Origin: Antedon mediterranea
Lineage: Eukaryota; Animalia; Echinodermata
Assembly: GCF_964355755.1 (NCBI RefSeq)
Contig: NC_092672.1
Coordinates: 36,586,437 to 36,650,436, forward strand
Length of the DNA: 64,000 nucleotides
Direction of reading: 5' to 3'
Shown here: positions 1-14,300 of the stretch, in pieces
Layout: each line of letters starts with the position of its first letter
Position numbering within the stretch: position 1 is the first letter of the stretch
The notes under the pieces: generated by a model
Databases searched by the model: none
What the model saw: the letters and a program-made list of their open reading frames with translations, nothing else
Told to the model about the DNA's origin: nothing
Made by a program: the position numbers and the translations under genes

Positions 1-136
1 ATGAGGCTCTGAATATACCTCAATAAACAAAAGTAGTATTTTGTTGTGGGCTGGTACGACGGTGTGTGTGTGTGTGTATAGTACAGGTAAGGTGCACTGC
101 AGGTACAGGTACGTCCCCTCAAGGTCAAGGTTAAAG

Positions 137-3100
137 ATGGCAGAATGTCCTGAAAGAAAAAGACTAAAGGAATCAGAAACACGCACGAAAAACTGGAAAC
201 GATGGGGTCCGTATTTGTCCGAACGTCAGTGGGGAACCGTACGAGAAGATTACTCTCCTAATGGCGAATGGTAGGTGTGAATGAGTCTTTAAAATCTGCA
301 AGGCAGCCAGAATTGTGCTTACTCACTCAATGAGTCTGTACTTTAATGAATGGAATGGTCTGGTGGTAGGCGAAAAGATAAAAATAGCTTGAGTGACCCA
401 TCTAATAAATTATCAAGGGGTGCATGACCAGTTGTTCCATGAATGTTCTAAATCTTGGTTTATTGAAACAGGGGAAAGGTATGTTGGGGGAGGTGGATCG
501 ACGGGGTGCTCGTTGTTTGATGCAGAGGATAAGTGGTAGTCGCACCAACCACCATAATGAATAAAATGCAGATATTGCTAAACTTGGAAAACCTCAAACC
601 CTTGCGTATAATAAATAATTTAAAAGTAAAAATCAGAGGGGGTGCACATGGGGGAACGTGCCCCGCCCCTCTATTGTTTGACAGCTACTTTTAATATATA
701 TTTGGCAGACTAAATTGATATATATTTTAGGTCTCCCCTGTCCCATATTCACCCTTAAAAACCATTGAACACTATTAGATTTACCCCTATCTATATCCAT
801 ATTTAATTATAATTTAATTTCAGTATTTTTAAAGTTTGTTGAACATTCACTCTTCCCTTATTTCACATTGTAAAAACCTCATCAAGTTTATCAATGCCAA
901 TTGTTTAAAATAATAACAACTTTCAATTATTTCATTAAATAAGGAAATAACATTATTTATTTAATATTTATAACACCCTTCAGACGGTTTGTATGATAGT
1001 TCCTGTTGAACAAACTTTGCCCTGCCTCTATTATATTTGCAGTAATTGTGCCTATTGTTATTCTATTCTTTCCTGGTTCCATCTATCAATAATAATGCTG
1101 TATTGTTTGAGCTCAAACCACCATATATTTCTAACAATTGACTACACTTTCTTTTGCTTCAGGGAATTTGAAACTTAATTTTTCCTGTAGATAATAATTG
1201 TGGTTACATTGTGCTAATGGTATATGAACCTAATAAAACAGTCGACACAATATTTATCCTTCTAACTATATAATCAGTTCAATCTGAAGTTTTACCAATA
1301 AAACAACTATGGTATGCTGTTTAGATTGATATGAAACTAGTCTATTTTACCAGTAACCAGTCACAATAAATAATGATAAATCTGTAAAATATACAAAAAA
1401 ATTATTCCCTGACACATATTTAATCCATGTTCACATTGATTTTTTCTCTCAAACTCTCATTCCAACCATATCTCCATACAGTTAGCTGTTCATACTGTGA
1501 TTCAAATTAATTATATTACAAAATTGATGGAGAGAAATCCATTATGGGTATTGCGATGCCTGCAGGGTTGCATAAGTACTGCCGCAATTTAGTAATTTCT
1601 ATCAAACTGGGAATTGCAAATTGTAAAATACAATTTATACATAATGTATAAGGTTTTCTTTGAATAAAATGTATTATGTAAAGTACAACAAGATTATATT
1701 ACCCCTTACATCCAAGTGTCAGTTTTACTGTATGTAAATTGTATTAGAATTTATTTTTATGCAATAATATAGCATTTAATATCATCTGAAAACCTCTAGC
1801 TTTTTATATAAAAAAGATTTCATATAATTGAATTTTGTTTTTATTTCTCTCTAGTTGGGATTACTTCCCTCACGATGATGCCAGAGCTAGAGCGTACAGG
1901 TGGGGAGAAGATGGCCTTATGGGAATCACAGACCGAGAATGTCGCATGTGCTTTTGTATCGCCCTCTGGAATGGAGAAGATACCATTTTGAAAGAACGAC
2001 TCTTTGGTCTTACTGGTTAGTTACTATAGTAGTTTTTTCAAAGCTATTAGAAAACATACAAAATACAAATCTAAATAAATGAAAAAAAAAATATTTTATT
2101 TTTATTTCTGTAACAACTAACTTGAATTTATGAAGAATTTTATTAAAATGTTAAATGTTCTTCATGCACTACAAGCAACGGACCAATTATATTACATGCA
2201 GTAAAATGACACCTGTATGCATACATTAGCGTAATTAGACTATGCAGCTATTGAGTCCAAAAGTCATTCTACACCAAGCTAATAAGTTTCTGAGGGTTTA
2301 CAAAATGACTTTTTGACTTGATAACTGCAAGTAGTCTAGTGAAAAATTTGAATAAATGTTATGTATAACTGAATGTTTGCATTCTAGGCCCACAAGGGAA
2401 CCATGGAGAGGACGTAAAGGAGTGTTATTATTACCTTGATTCTACGCCAACACACTCGTACATGAAGGCTCTGTATAAGTACCCACAGGCAGCGTACCCC
2501 TACGCACACATAGTTGAAGAGAACGCTAGACGTGGGGTAGAACAACCAGAGTTTGAACTGGAAGACACAGGTAAGCTTTTGTCAAAGTTTTTTTTCTTGA
2601 CTCAACACAACAAATTTGTGTTGTATCTGCTCTATATATTATAATATAGTAATATTATAGGTATTTATTAAAATTCAACATCCAAATTACTAAAACATTG
2701 CAGCAAAAGTTGCTGAATTGAATTGACATTGCAAACATCAAAAGGTAAAAAATAGGCCTATAATAAATATAAAAATATAAATTCACAGTCTTCAATAAGG
2801 CTTTGGCTAGATTTTGAGCATGTGTCTATTTATTAAGCCATACTGTATGTTTTTGGCGAGTGACAATATTGCAGTTTTACTAAATGGTTATTGTTAATCC
2901 TATTAAAATGATTAATGAGTATATTATTTATTTATTAAGCTCTGTCTACACTATTAAACTAGCTGACAAAAAAGTGTGATATGCCCATATATGGTAGTGA
3001 TATGCCTAAATATGGTAGTAATATGACATCATCATGTCCATATATGGCACATCATATGTGTTTGTCACATAAAGTTTGGTAGTGTGGACAGAGCTTGTAA

Positions 3101-6100
3101 TACTTTGGCTAGATTTGATTCATGTGTCTGTTTAAGCCATATGTTTTACGCAAGTGACAATATTGCAGTTTTCACCAAATAATTATTAATCACATTAAAA
3201 TGATTAATGGATATATTGTTTAATATTATTTATATAATTATAATTGTGTGTTTTTTTAAACAAATCATTATTTATTTATATTTTAAGGTGTTTTCAATCA
3301 AAAAAAGTATTGGGATGTGTTTACTGAGTATGCGAAGAATGGACCAAATGACGTACTATGTCGTGTTACCGTCGCAAACCGAGGACCAGAGACAGCCACA
3401 ATTCACGTCCTTCCACAGTTATGGTATCGTAACACGTGGATTTGGGGTTGTACGCATGAAGGATGTACAATGAAACCTAAAATGGCCATGCAGAAAGACG
3501 GAAAGGTTCTCTGCTCTCATGAAAGTCTCAGTAAGTTTACATTGAATTTGTTTGTGTTGAAAATACAATAGAACTCCTATTAAGCTCTGTCAAACTTTAT
3601 GTGACAACAAAATGTGATGTGCCCTTATATGGACATGATGATGTCATATCACTACCATATTTGGGCACATTACACTTCTTTTGTCAAACTAGTTTGATAG
3701 TGTAGAGAGCTTTTTTCAACTATAAATTCCAATTTGAATAACAAACTATCACTACCATATTTGAGCACATCACACTTTTCAGGTAGTTTGTTAGTGTATA
3801 TAGAGTTTAGATGGGACCCAACAAAGTGTTCTCCTAATAGGGTGTCCATTGGTCATTTCATTTAAGAAAGTCTTGTGTGTCCAGATGGCAACAAACCTCA
3901 TGTCTTTGTTTTATTATAATGATGATAATTAATAAATTTACATTTATTTTTTTTAACAGAGAAGTTTTACTATGTGTGCGACGCTGGACCAGATGGGAAC
4001 AAGCCTAAAGTTCTTTTCACAGAAAACGAAACAAATATGGAACGCCTTTACAGCGTTGACCACTACACAAAGTTTTTCAGAGATGCATTCCATCGCTATG
4101 TCATAGAAGGTATTGTATTTATATATATTAAATGGTTGAGTATTTGCCTAAAAGTTGAAATATTATAAAACTATATGATATTACATTGTGTTCCTATAAA
4201 ACACAACACAACATATTCGTCCTATCGAAACAAGCGCTTATAGTACATTGGATTTACAAGATATGATTTACATATTGCAGCATAATTAGAAAAACTTGTA
4301 TTTATCTATATATAAATTTACGTAAGGGCAAAATTCGGTAAATCGCGCCTTACTTCTAGAATTTTTACTCGATGGTATATAAAGTTGGTTCCTACTTTCG
4401 GTACTGATTTTAACCACCTGATGTAACCCTGTTTACTAATTCAATTATGTTAGATAATTAGTTATTGACGATTAAAACGAATTTAGGTTCAACGATTTGC
4501 CCCAAATAGGGGTGTTTTTCGATCGTGGTATACATTGTCTAATGGATGTCCATCTTGAAAAATACCCGCCACAAAAATGCGAGGAGGCTTCGCATTTTCC
4601 TATCTCCTCCTATGATAATTGTTTTTAATAGCTGAAAACCGGTTGAACAGCTGGAGTACAGTATCATAATGTTGAAGACAGGCCGATTTTCTTAAAAAAA
4701 TACTATTTTGATGGATTTAATATACGATTATACAAATGTATTGATTTGCGATGAATGGAACATCCCAATCTCTCAGTCTGCCAGAGTTTGGTTTAACACA
4801 AGTAGGTAAATTTATGAGCCCTTGGTTTAACACATACGGTAGGTAAATATATGGGCCCTTTGAGAATAAACTTGCAATACTTTGACAATACTGTAAATAC
4901 CTATTTTAATAAAACTATTTTTGGTCCTCATCATTTGAATCGAACATTTCTTACTGTGAATGTTCGTACTGTTAGATGTAATATGACATGCAATTTGGCT
5001 CTTAGCCACGAGTTGTAATTTTGGTCGATTTTTTTGATATTTGAAATAAAAAAAACTACCATCTAGTTATTAGTAATTACTACTAATGTAAGAGTAGATA
5101 CCTTAGTGTATAGATACAACTAGGTCAATATATTTATCTAGTGTGTATCCACCCTAAAGGCAAACCAAAGTGTATATTAAAATGAAAGTATTCTGTACTT
5201 TTTAAACTAATTTTTAATTAACGTTTGTTGGAAATGACAAGAAACGAATCTATCAATGCAAATAAGGATATGTCGGTATTTTTTATGTCTTTATAATTTA
5301 TATTATTATTGCAGCTATGCCTGAAGCAAAAAATCAACCTATTATACAAAATAGGATTAAATCATTCACCTATTAAATGCAAATCCTGCTTTCTGAGAAT
5401 TCATTTCCATTTGTTTTCATTTACATCTATTTATTTTTATATTTAATGTGTATATGCAAAATAACTTATTTAATTGATTAATATAATTATTTGAGTCTGC
5501 GTCTTTCTACTGAAATACTCAGTAACGTAATAGATATATATCTTGACATAAACAATTTGCAAAAAAGATAAGTGTAATGTTTTGTAGACAGAGCTATAAA
5601 TATATATAAATACTGCATATACATCTAAAGACAAGTTACTGACAAAATGACAACACTGTCGGTATATCAGTGGCTGGATATCAATGGAGATACAAATAAA
5701 ATAAGCATTGAAAAAATGACAATGCTGTGGGTATCAGTGGCTGGATCTCAATGGAGATACAAAATAAAATAAGCATTGAAAAAATGACAATGCTGTGGGT
5801 ATCAGTGACTGGATATCAATGGAGATACAAAATAAAATAAGCATTGAAAAAATGACAATGCTGTGGGTATCAGTGGCTGGATATCAATGGAGATACAAAA
5901 TAAAATAAGCACTGAAAAAATGACAATGCTGTGGATATCAGTGGCTGGATATCAATGGAGATACAAAATAAAATAAGCACTGAAAAAATGACAATGCTGT
6001 AGGTATCAGTGGCTGGATCTCAATGGAGATACAAATAAAATAAGAAAAAAGCTAAATCAAAACAATAAAGTAAAACAGCCAGAAAAATTAGCAGAGCTTT

Positions 6101-8289
6101 TGGGCAACACTAGCCCCTCATCAGTGCAATGAGAGTACAGAATTGAGAATATAAAGCACATTACTGGTGACGATATATATAACTTGCTAGTCTGGGCTCC
6201 AGACGGAGTTTTTTCTTAATATTAGTAAAAATATAAATATTTTTGCACATATGGCGTTTCATACGTGTATTACTTGAGTTTGGATACTCCAAACTGTATT
6301 TTGTATTTTTAGACAAAAATCGCGGTCGAAATAAAAACAAATAAAACAATACAGACTTGGGGCAAGTCTAATAACTTGCATACATTTGATTCTTTCAGAT
6401 GAAGTTAGTGCAGTTGATGCAAGACAAAGAGGAACAAAATGCGCCCCTCTGTATAAATTAGAGGTGCCAGCAGGTGAAGAGCGTACCGTTAAGGTGCGGT
6501 TTATGGCCCTAGATGAGGACCCCGGAGAAGGAATGTATTTTGGGGAGGTGTTTGATAAAATCTTCAAAGATAGAATTCAAGAGGCAGATGACTTTTACTC
6601 AAAGGTATAGTGCAAGTCAATTGATTGAACCACTGCTTTCAAACATGGTAGGCTAAACCATACTACATTGCCACATGGATGTAAAAATCTATCAAATTTA
6701 TATAATTGTGAAACTGACGATTTCATATTCCAGTATCCTTTTCTTTACCCCTTTGAAATTCAACTTAATAACAATAATAATTTATTTGGAGTTTATACTT
6801 TTACAACAGTGGTACTCACCCAATAGGAAGGTGCATACAAAAGAACAACAATATAAACAACAACTTGATACAGTAAACAACAATTAAAAAGGTCAATAAA
6901 CTAATTTCTAGGGACCATATCAAAACATGTGACTGTAGTATCTGTAATACCATTTATTTACAGCAGCAACATTGATGATCCCTTTTGAATTGTAAAAAAA
7001 ACCCCAATACAAAATGAATTGCGCCATGGTAAAGTATGCCTAAACCCACTAACACCTAAACATACAGAACTATCAATAACAATTCATTTTGGTATAAGTT
7101 GTTTGCTAAACAACAGACTTTTAAGGAAGAAACAGGAATGTGTTGATATAAACTTGTATATTTCAGATAATTCCAGTTTGTAATAAAGAACAGTACAGAG
7201 TAGCCAGACAGGCGTACGCTAGCCTTCTGTGGAGTAAACAATTCTACCATTATATTGTCAAGGATTGGCTGAACGGAGACAAAGATCAACCCACGCCTCC
7301 TGAAAGTCGTCTGAAAGGAAGGAACACCGAGTGGAAACATCTATTTAATAGAGATGTTGTCTCAATGCCTGACAAATGGGAATATCCCTGGGTAATTTAT
7401 TTTTCTATATTCCAAGTGTTAGTCCCACCCCATATACATAGTTTTTCTCCAAATTCCGTATTTAGGCCCCTGGTACTATTATACTTACATTTATGATAAA
7501 TAAAAAGGGAAGAAATGTTATCTAGAACCCTGACTAAGTTGTAGCTTAGTGAATTTAATTGTGTGTCCTGTAAAGTGGATTGCCATCTCTGTGGAGGACA
7601 ATGTCAGTCTTGGTGATCCTTGTCTGTTCCTGGCTGAAATTTAGATCAGTATTACTGTCATGGATCGAAAGTTTTTTTCCGTTTTGCACTATTGTGTCAG
7701 TTGGAATAAGATTTTTTCCATATTAAAAAGTACTGTGATGATAATATTTGTATTTTCTGACACTCAATCTATTTTCTTCTTTCAGTATGCTTCCTGGGAC
7801 TTGGCATTTCACATGATCCCATTCGCACGGGTTGATCCAGATTTTGCAAAAGAACAGCTGCTTCTTTTTCTCAGAGAATGGTACATGGCACCAAATGGCC
7901 AGGTAAAAAATCTGATATTTTTAGATTTTAATTCTGATATTAACAAGAAAACCTGCAAGCTTTGTGATTATTATTTCCATATTTCGTACTGTATTATCAT
8001 AAACATTCATTTCTATTAATGGAATTAGGTTATGGTGCTTGGCTACCCATTCAAGGGTCCTGGGTTCAAGTCCTCCCAAAGACTTGTAATAAGACTTTGT
8101 TTATGTAGAGCATCTTGTGTATGTGTATGTTTGTCTTGTGAACAGGATTGCCACCTTTAAAGATAGTGAATGAATTTGCCTAAATATATATAATAAAAAA
8201 AATAACAATAACAAATTAAACTAGAAAGCCACTCCGAGAGGGCATACCTCCGCCTACTGTAAAATTCTCCTACATAAGATTTCTCCGGT

Positions 8290-8324
<35 letters not shown>

Positions 8325-11300
8325 GTGTGTCTTAATGCTGTTTGTGATTTAGGCTAATTTCATTACAAGCATGTGTATGCGAGTTTGGTGTAATGGTTTT
8401 GTAACAAGCCTTTCAATTAACAATAGCTTCAGTTGACTAACAATAGAACAGCAACGCGAAAATCAAACGAGTGAATTTGAAAAGAAATAGGTTTTTTAAA
8501 CTACTCGCATCAAAAAACGTGCACATTAAATCAAATTATGTTTTAAAATTACAAATCACAAATTATAACTCTTGCCTCTTGTTAAAAAATGAAGTATTTT
8601 GGACAAGTAGTTCTCGAGAAAATGGAATTTCACTTTATTTGTTACTTTAAGACTGCTCGCCGGCTTTTGAAAAATTCTTTCCTATCTTTTAACACTAGCA
8701 GGTCTAAAAAAGTATACTAAAAAGTGGTCCAGAATTGGGACTGTGGTCCCAAATGGTCCCAAAATTTAATGGAATGGTCCTTGACCACATATCTATCTGT
8801 CTATTTATTTTGGTAAAGATCTTGTAATTACTTTTTGAGTAATCCTGCTAACAAACAAACAAACAAACAAACAAATGAAAGCACTCAGAAACTGAGTGAA
8901 GTACTTGGCAAAATATATCCACTGACTGGGAGCATGTTGAAAGATACAATTTTTGCTTTAGGTATTATCTTTACATGGTTAAAATACTGATAAGGTTAAT
9001 AATTTGTTTAAATAATTTTTAATGCAAACAATTCCGGCATTGCAACAATGACCTTTCTAAAATCAAGTTTGACCAGAATAATGGTCGAGGAGTGTCTTGA
9101 AGCTGTACCGATTTGCGGCGCCTCTGCCTTAACCCATGTAGTAATATATCAATTTACCTGAAAATCAATAGACATGTTCTGTAAGTATATACCTGATGAA
9201 ATAAGGAAGGACACACGCTGGTGCTAACAAAACTACTTATCAACTTACAATAGTTTAATTTGAATAACAATAGAACAGCAACGCCAAAAACAAACGGGTG
9301 AATTTGAAAAGATATAGGTTTTTTTAAACTACTCGTATAAAAAAGCTGGTACACTGAATCAACTTTTGTTTTAAAATTAAAAATCACAATTTATAACTCT
9401 TGCCTCTTGTACAAAAATGATGTTTTTTGGACAAGTAGTTCTCGAGAAAATGCAATTTCAGTACACTTGTTACTTTAAGACTGCTCGCCGGCTTTTGAAA
9501 ATTGTCTCCTATCTTTTAACACTAGCCGGTCTGAAAATAATATCATTTTTGTTATTTGTGAAGTTATTAATAAACCAATTTTGTTGATTTTCAATAGGCA
9601 TGGTCTGCCAATATATACCTATCTACACCCAAAAATTCAGAACGATAACTTGAAAACTGTAGGCGCTATCTTGCTAACATTAACAAACAAACAAACATAC
9701 AAACATACAAACAAAGTGAATACTATACTTGGCAAAATTCTTTTTTGCCAAGTAACAAACAAACACACAAACAAACAAACAAACACACGCTACCGATTAC
9801 ATATACCTCCTTGGCGGAGGTAAATCAAGAAGAAAAAAAAACGATTAATAGTGGATAATAACAATATACAGATATGATAATGATTATTTTATATATTGTT
9901 GTTGTTTAGATGCCAGCATATGAATTTGCCTTTGGAGATGTCAACCCTCCTGTGCATGCATGGGCTGTCTTCCGTGTCTTCAAGATGACTGGAAAACGAG
10001 GTGAACGAGACAGGCAATTTCTAGCCAGATGTTTTCAGAAGTTGCTTCTCAACTTCACATGGTTAGTGCATTTTATTAGTTAGCTTCAATACAAAGGCTT
10101 GGCTGGAATTTAGACCACCTAGAACCAACCTGAAATCTGTGCCCAAAGGCTTGGCTGGAATTTAGACCACCTAGAACCAACCTGAAATCCGTGCCCAAAC
10201 GCTTGTCTGGAATTTAGACCACCTAGAACCAACCTGAAATCCGTGCCCAAACGCTTGGCTGGAATTTAGACCACCTAGAACCAACCTGAAATCCGTGCCC
10301 AAAGGCTTATCTGGAACCAACTTCCTCATTCCATCCGTTGCACTCCATCCCCTTTCCAATTCAAATCTCTCCTGAAAACTCACCTATTTCAATAGTTATT
10401 CTTTTCATGTTACGCTGTGAGCGCTTTATAAATGTTCAATATTATTATTATAACGGCAAAATACTTTCATCTTGAATTTAAGAGTTGAAAAAATATTTAT
10501 TTTTATTTTAGGTGGGTCAACAGAAAAGATCCAGATGGGAAAAATATCTTTTCAGGTGGATTTTTGGGTCTTGACAACATTGGAGTGTTTGATCGTTCAC
10601 GGCCCTTGCCTACCGGTGGAACTCTAGAACAGGTTTGTTAATTGTTAAACTGCAAATTTTAGTAATGCCATTTATGGTCAGTGTTTAGTTCCTGAGCACT
10701 TATTTATTAGCTTTTACGACAGAAATTATATATTCTTTTTCTGACAGGCTGATGGTACAGCATGGGTAGCATTCTTCTGTGTCGTCATGCTTGACATTGC
10801 CTTAGAGCTAGCCCGTACTGACCCAAGCTACGAGGACATGGCCAGTAAATTCTTTGAGCATTTTGTATCCATTGTTGATGCCATGAATCAGATGGCGGGA
10901 GGAGGAGGTAATAATGGTTTAATATTCTATGTGTTCTAAAGTTTTGTCAAAGAGTGTGATGTGCCCAATTATAGTTGTTATATGCCTAAATATGGTAGTG
11001 ATATGACATCATCATGTCCATATATGGGCACATCTCATTTTTTTTGTCATATAAACTTTGATAGTGTAGACAGAGATTTAGTTTGAGAGTTGGAATACAT
11101 TTTATGTGAGACCTGATCACTCCAGTTTCTAAGATGATTATTAACTTAACTAGTTTTTAGTTTACTTGCACTCAATATTGATTTCATTTATAGGTCTTTG
11201 GGATAATAATGACGGATTTTACTATGATGTTTTGCGTACTGATACGTGTACTCAACCAATGCGCATCAGGTCAATGGTAGGATTGGTTCCGCTCTTTGCC

Positions 11301-14300
11301 TCTTTGACGTTAGATGAGGCTGTCACTTCCAAGATGCCTGGCTTTAATAAACGTCTTCAGTGGTTTATGAAGTACAGACCTGATTTATCATCTCAGGTAT
11401 AAAACATAATATAATAATAATAAAATAATATATAAGATTTCTAAAGCGCACATATCCACTTGTGTTCCAAGGCGCTGTGGGCTAGATGTTATACTTTCAA
11501 AACATGCTTTTTCCCTAAGGGTCTCTTCATGTCCTGCAGCCACTTACGGTGCTCTCTCTTCTGTCCACGACACAGTGGCTGAGTGTGAACTAGTACACCC
11601 CCCTACTCGTCTCAAAAGATATACTTTAAAGTGCACACGAGCAATGCGTGTACACTGGAGCTACGATTTATAGCCTTTTTCTGAGAAGACTTTACCACCA
11701 GAACCATGGAGCGAGTGACCCTCGAACCGATGTTATGGCTGTATAACGGTTCCACTGTCTTAAAGGCCAGGTGTGGGCAAAAAATTTCTATTGATCATAC
11801 ATTCCAATAATTATCGATCTATAGTTTCCCCTATGTTTCATAATTTTTGGGATTTTATTTGTGTTACACGAGTTTGTTGAAAATAAGCACTTTCTTATCA
11901 GTGGGGGGATAGTTCAAATTACACAGTAAAATCTCTATTCGTTTGTACACACATTTTGTAAATAGAGAGGCATCTTAAAAAGCTATGAAAAATAAACGGT
12001 GTGGTAAAAATAATCAGATGACTAAATATAGGTAATGTAACTTGAATATTACATTTCTGATATTTTTATTCAACTTCAGATTTTTATTTTCATGCTATAG
12101 CAAAAATTATCGACCGTATATCCACCATCTTTTTTCACCGTCTAGGGAGTCACCAGACATGTTATTACATTAGGTTAACTACCTAACTACTGAAAAAAAG
12201 TCTTCCTGGTTTTTATTGAAGAATTTTGCCAAATTTTGTATTTGACCATATTAAGTGAAATTCATGTTTTTTCGTCTCGATTTCTGTTACAAATATTTGA
12301 TTTATGTACAATTAACCAAATATTAAATTTAAAATTCATGCCTGTACCTGAGCTTTAACCACTCAGCCATTCACTCAAACCAACATATATTTACTATTTT
12401 CCAATATTACAGATAGCCAAATACGTTAGGTGTATACAGTGAACTCCCCCAATGCCAGACAGGTTTGAGCTGGCCTAATATTTCTGGTTTTCTTGAAACC
12501 TTTTGATCTATAATAAAAGACTGGTATTGGGATAGTTTCTGGTTTTCAGAGAGTTAGGAGAGTTGACTGTACTATTCTTGAATTATTTATTTAATTATCA
12601 GCTTAATTTTTTTTTTCAGATTGCTTACATGACTTCTGATGGTGAAGTTTCTGGAAGACATCTTCTTGGTATTCCGGATAAAAAGAAGTTAAAAAAGGTC
12701 TTGGCCTACTTACTGGATGAGAATGAATTCCTCTCAAAGTATGGTATCCGATCTCTTTCAAAGGTAATATTCATGATTCAAGTTAGCAGAATTCTCTGAT
12801 AGCAATACTATTATTTGTAATCCTTTCATTTCCCATAACATCAACATATTTTTTAAACCGATGTTTCCTTTTTGTAGGCTCATGCGGATAAACCATTTAC
12901 GGTGAATGTTGGAGGAGAGGAGTACAAGGTTGATTATGTACCTGGTGAATCAAGTACCTATCTCTTTGGAGGTAATAGTAACTGGCGAGGCCCTATATGG
13001 CTTTGTGGTGAGTTATTAGTTTTTACTTTTAATTGACATCCGTACCAAAGTGGTATGAAATGATGATTGAATGATTTAGTGGAGTTCATTGGTTGTTGCC
13101 AGTTATCTTTTTGTACCAGCTTATTGATGAAACTTTCATTTTCTTAAGATCTGTCTACACTATCTAATTAGTTTGACAAAAAAAAGTCCAAATATGGTAA
13201 TGATCATCATGTCCATATATGGGCACATCACATTCTTTTGTCACATAAAATTTGATAGTGTAGGCAGAGCTTAACATACAAAGTGTGAATGTGTAGAAAG
13301 ACTGGCTACCTTGTAAATAACATGTCCTAATGGAACAAACATTCCTAGAGTTCTCCAAAGCTCTTCAGTATGGCCATATAGTATAGGTTGTAGTTCAATT
13401 CAGTTCATTTATTCAAATATGGATGAACAATAGTATACAAGATATTTTAAGACATTCTTTTTCCAATTTTTAAAATTACATTTTCTACAATAACTTTATC
13501 GTATGTCTATTTTAATTTAAGAATTGTCGGTTTTTGTATTGTGTGTGTGTGTGTGTGACAATTTGAATTAATTGACTGAATAAAAAAATTGCCTATTTTT
13601 TTATAGTGAACTATTTAATAATCGAGGCACTGGAAAGATACGATTTCTTCTATGGAGAAGTATTCAAAGTAGAATGTCCAACAGGCTCTGGAAACCTAAT
13701 GCGATTGAAGGATTGCGCTAAAGAGATCTCTAGACGACTCAGCTCACTGTTCCTACCCGATGAGAACGGGCGTCGACCATGTCATGGAGAGAACGACATG
13801 TACAAGGACGATCCAAATTGGAAAGATCTCATTTTGTTTTATGAATATTTCCATGGTGATAATGGAAGAGGCTGTGGAGCAAGGTAAGTAAATGTATTAT
13901 TAGCTCTCTCTACTCTATCAAACTATTTTGACAAGTGTGATGTGTCCAAATATGGTATGGATATGCTCAAATATGGTATGGATATGGTCAAATATGGTAG
14001 TGATATGACATCATCATGTTCATGGGCACATTACATTTGTTGTCACATAAAGTTTGATAGTGTGGACAGAGCTTTAGATTGTTCATTCATTGTGCAGTAG
14101 AACCCTTGGGACACCTTGAGGACCTAAAAAAGTGTCCTTTAAGAGATGTGTCCCCCAGTAGCGTAATACAGAGGCCTGAGGCATCTGGTTTAGGAAAAGT
14201 GGCCCTCCAAGTTCCAACGCGTGAGGCCTTGGGCGTTTTGAGCCTTTTCTGCATATTTTAATGCCTGTTTTTTCCTCTGGGCACAGCTCATGGGCCTTCA

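Noticed and set aside
41-136. N-terminal extensions from TTG starts (also 30078-30116 and 36402-36494)
   Set aside because: Eukaryotic genes; homology and ATG context begin at 137, 30117 and 36401.
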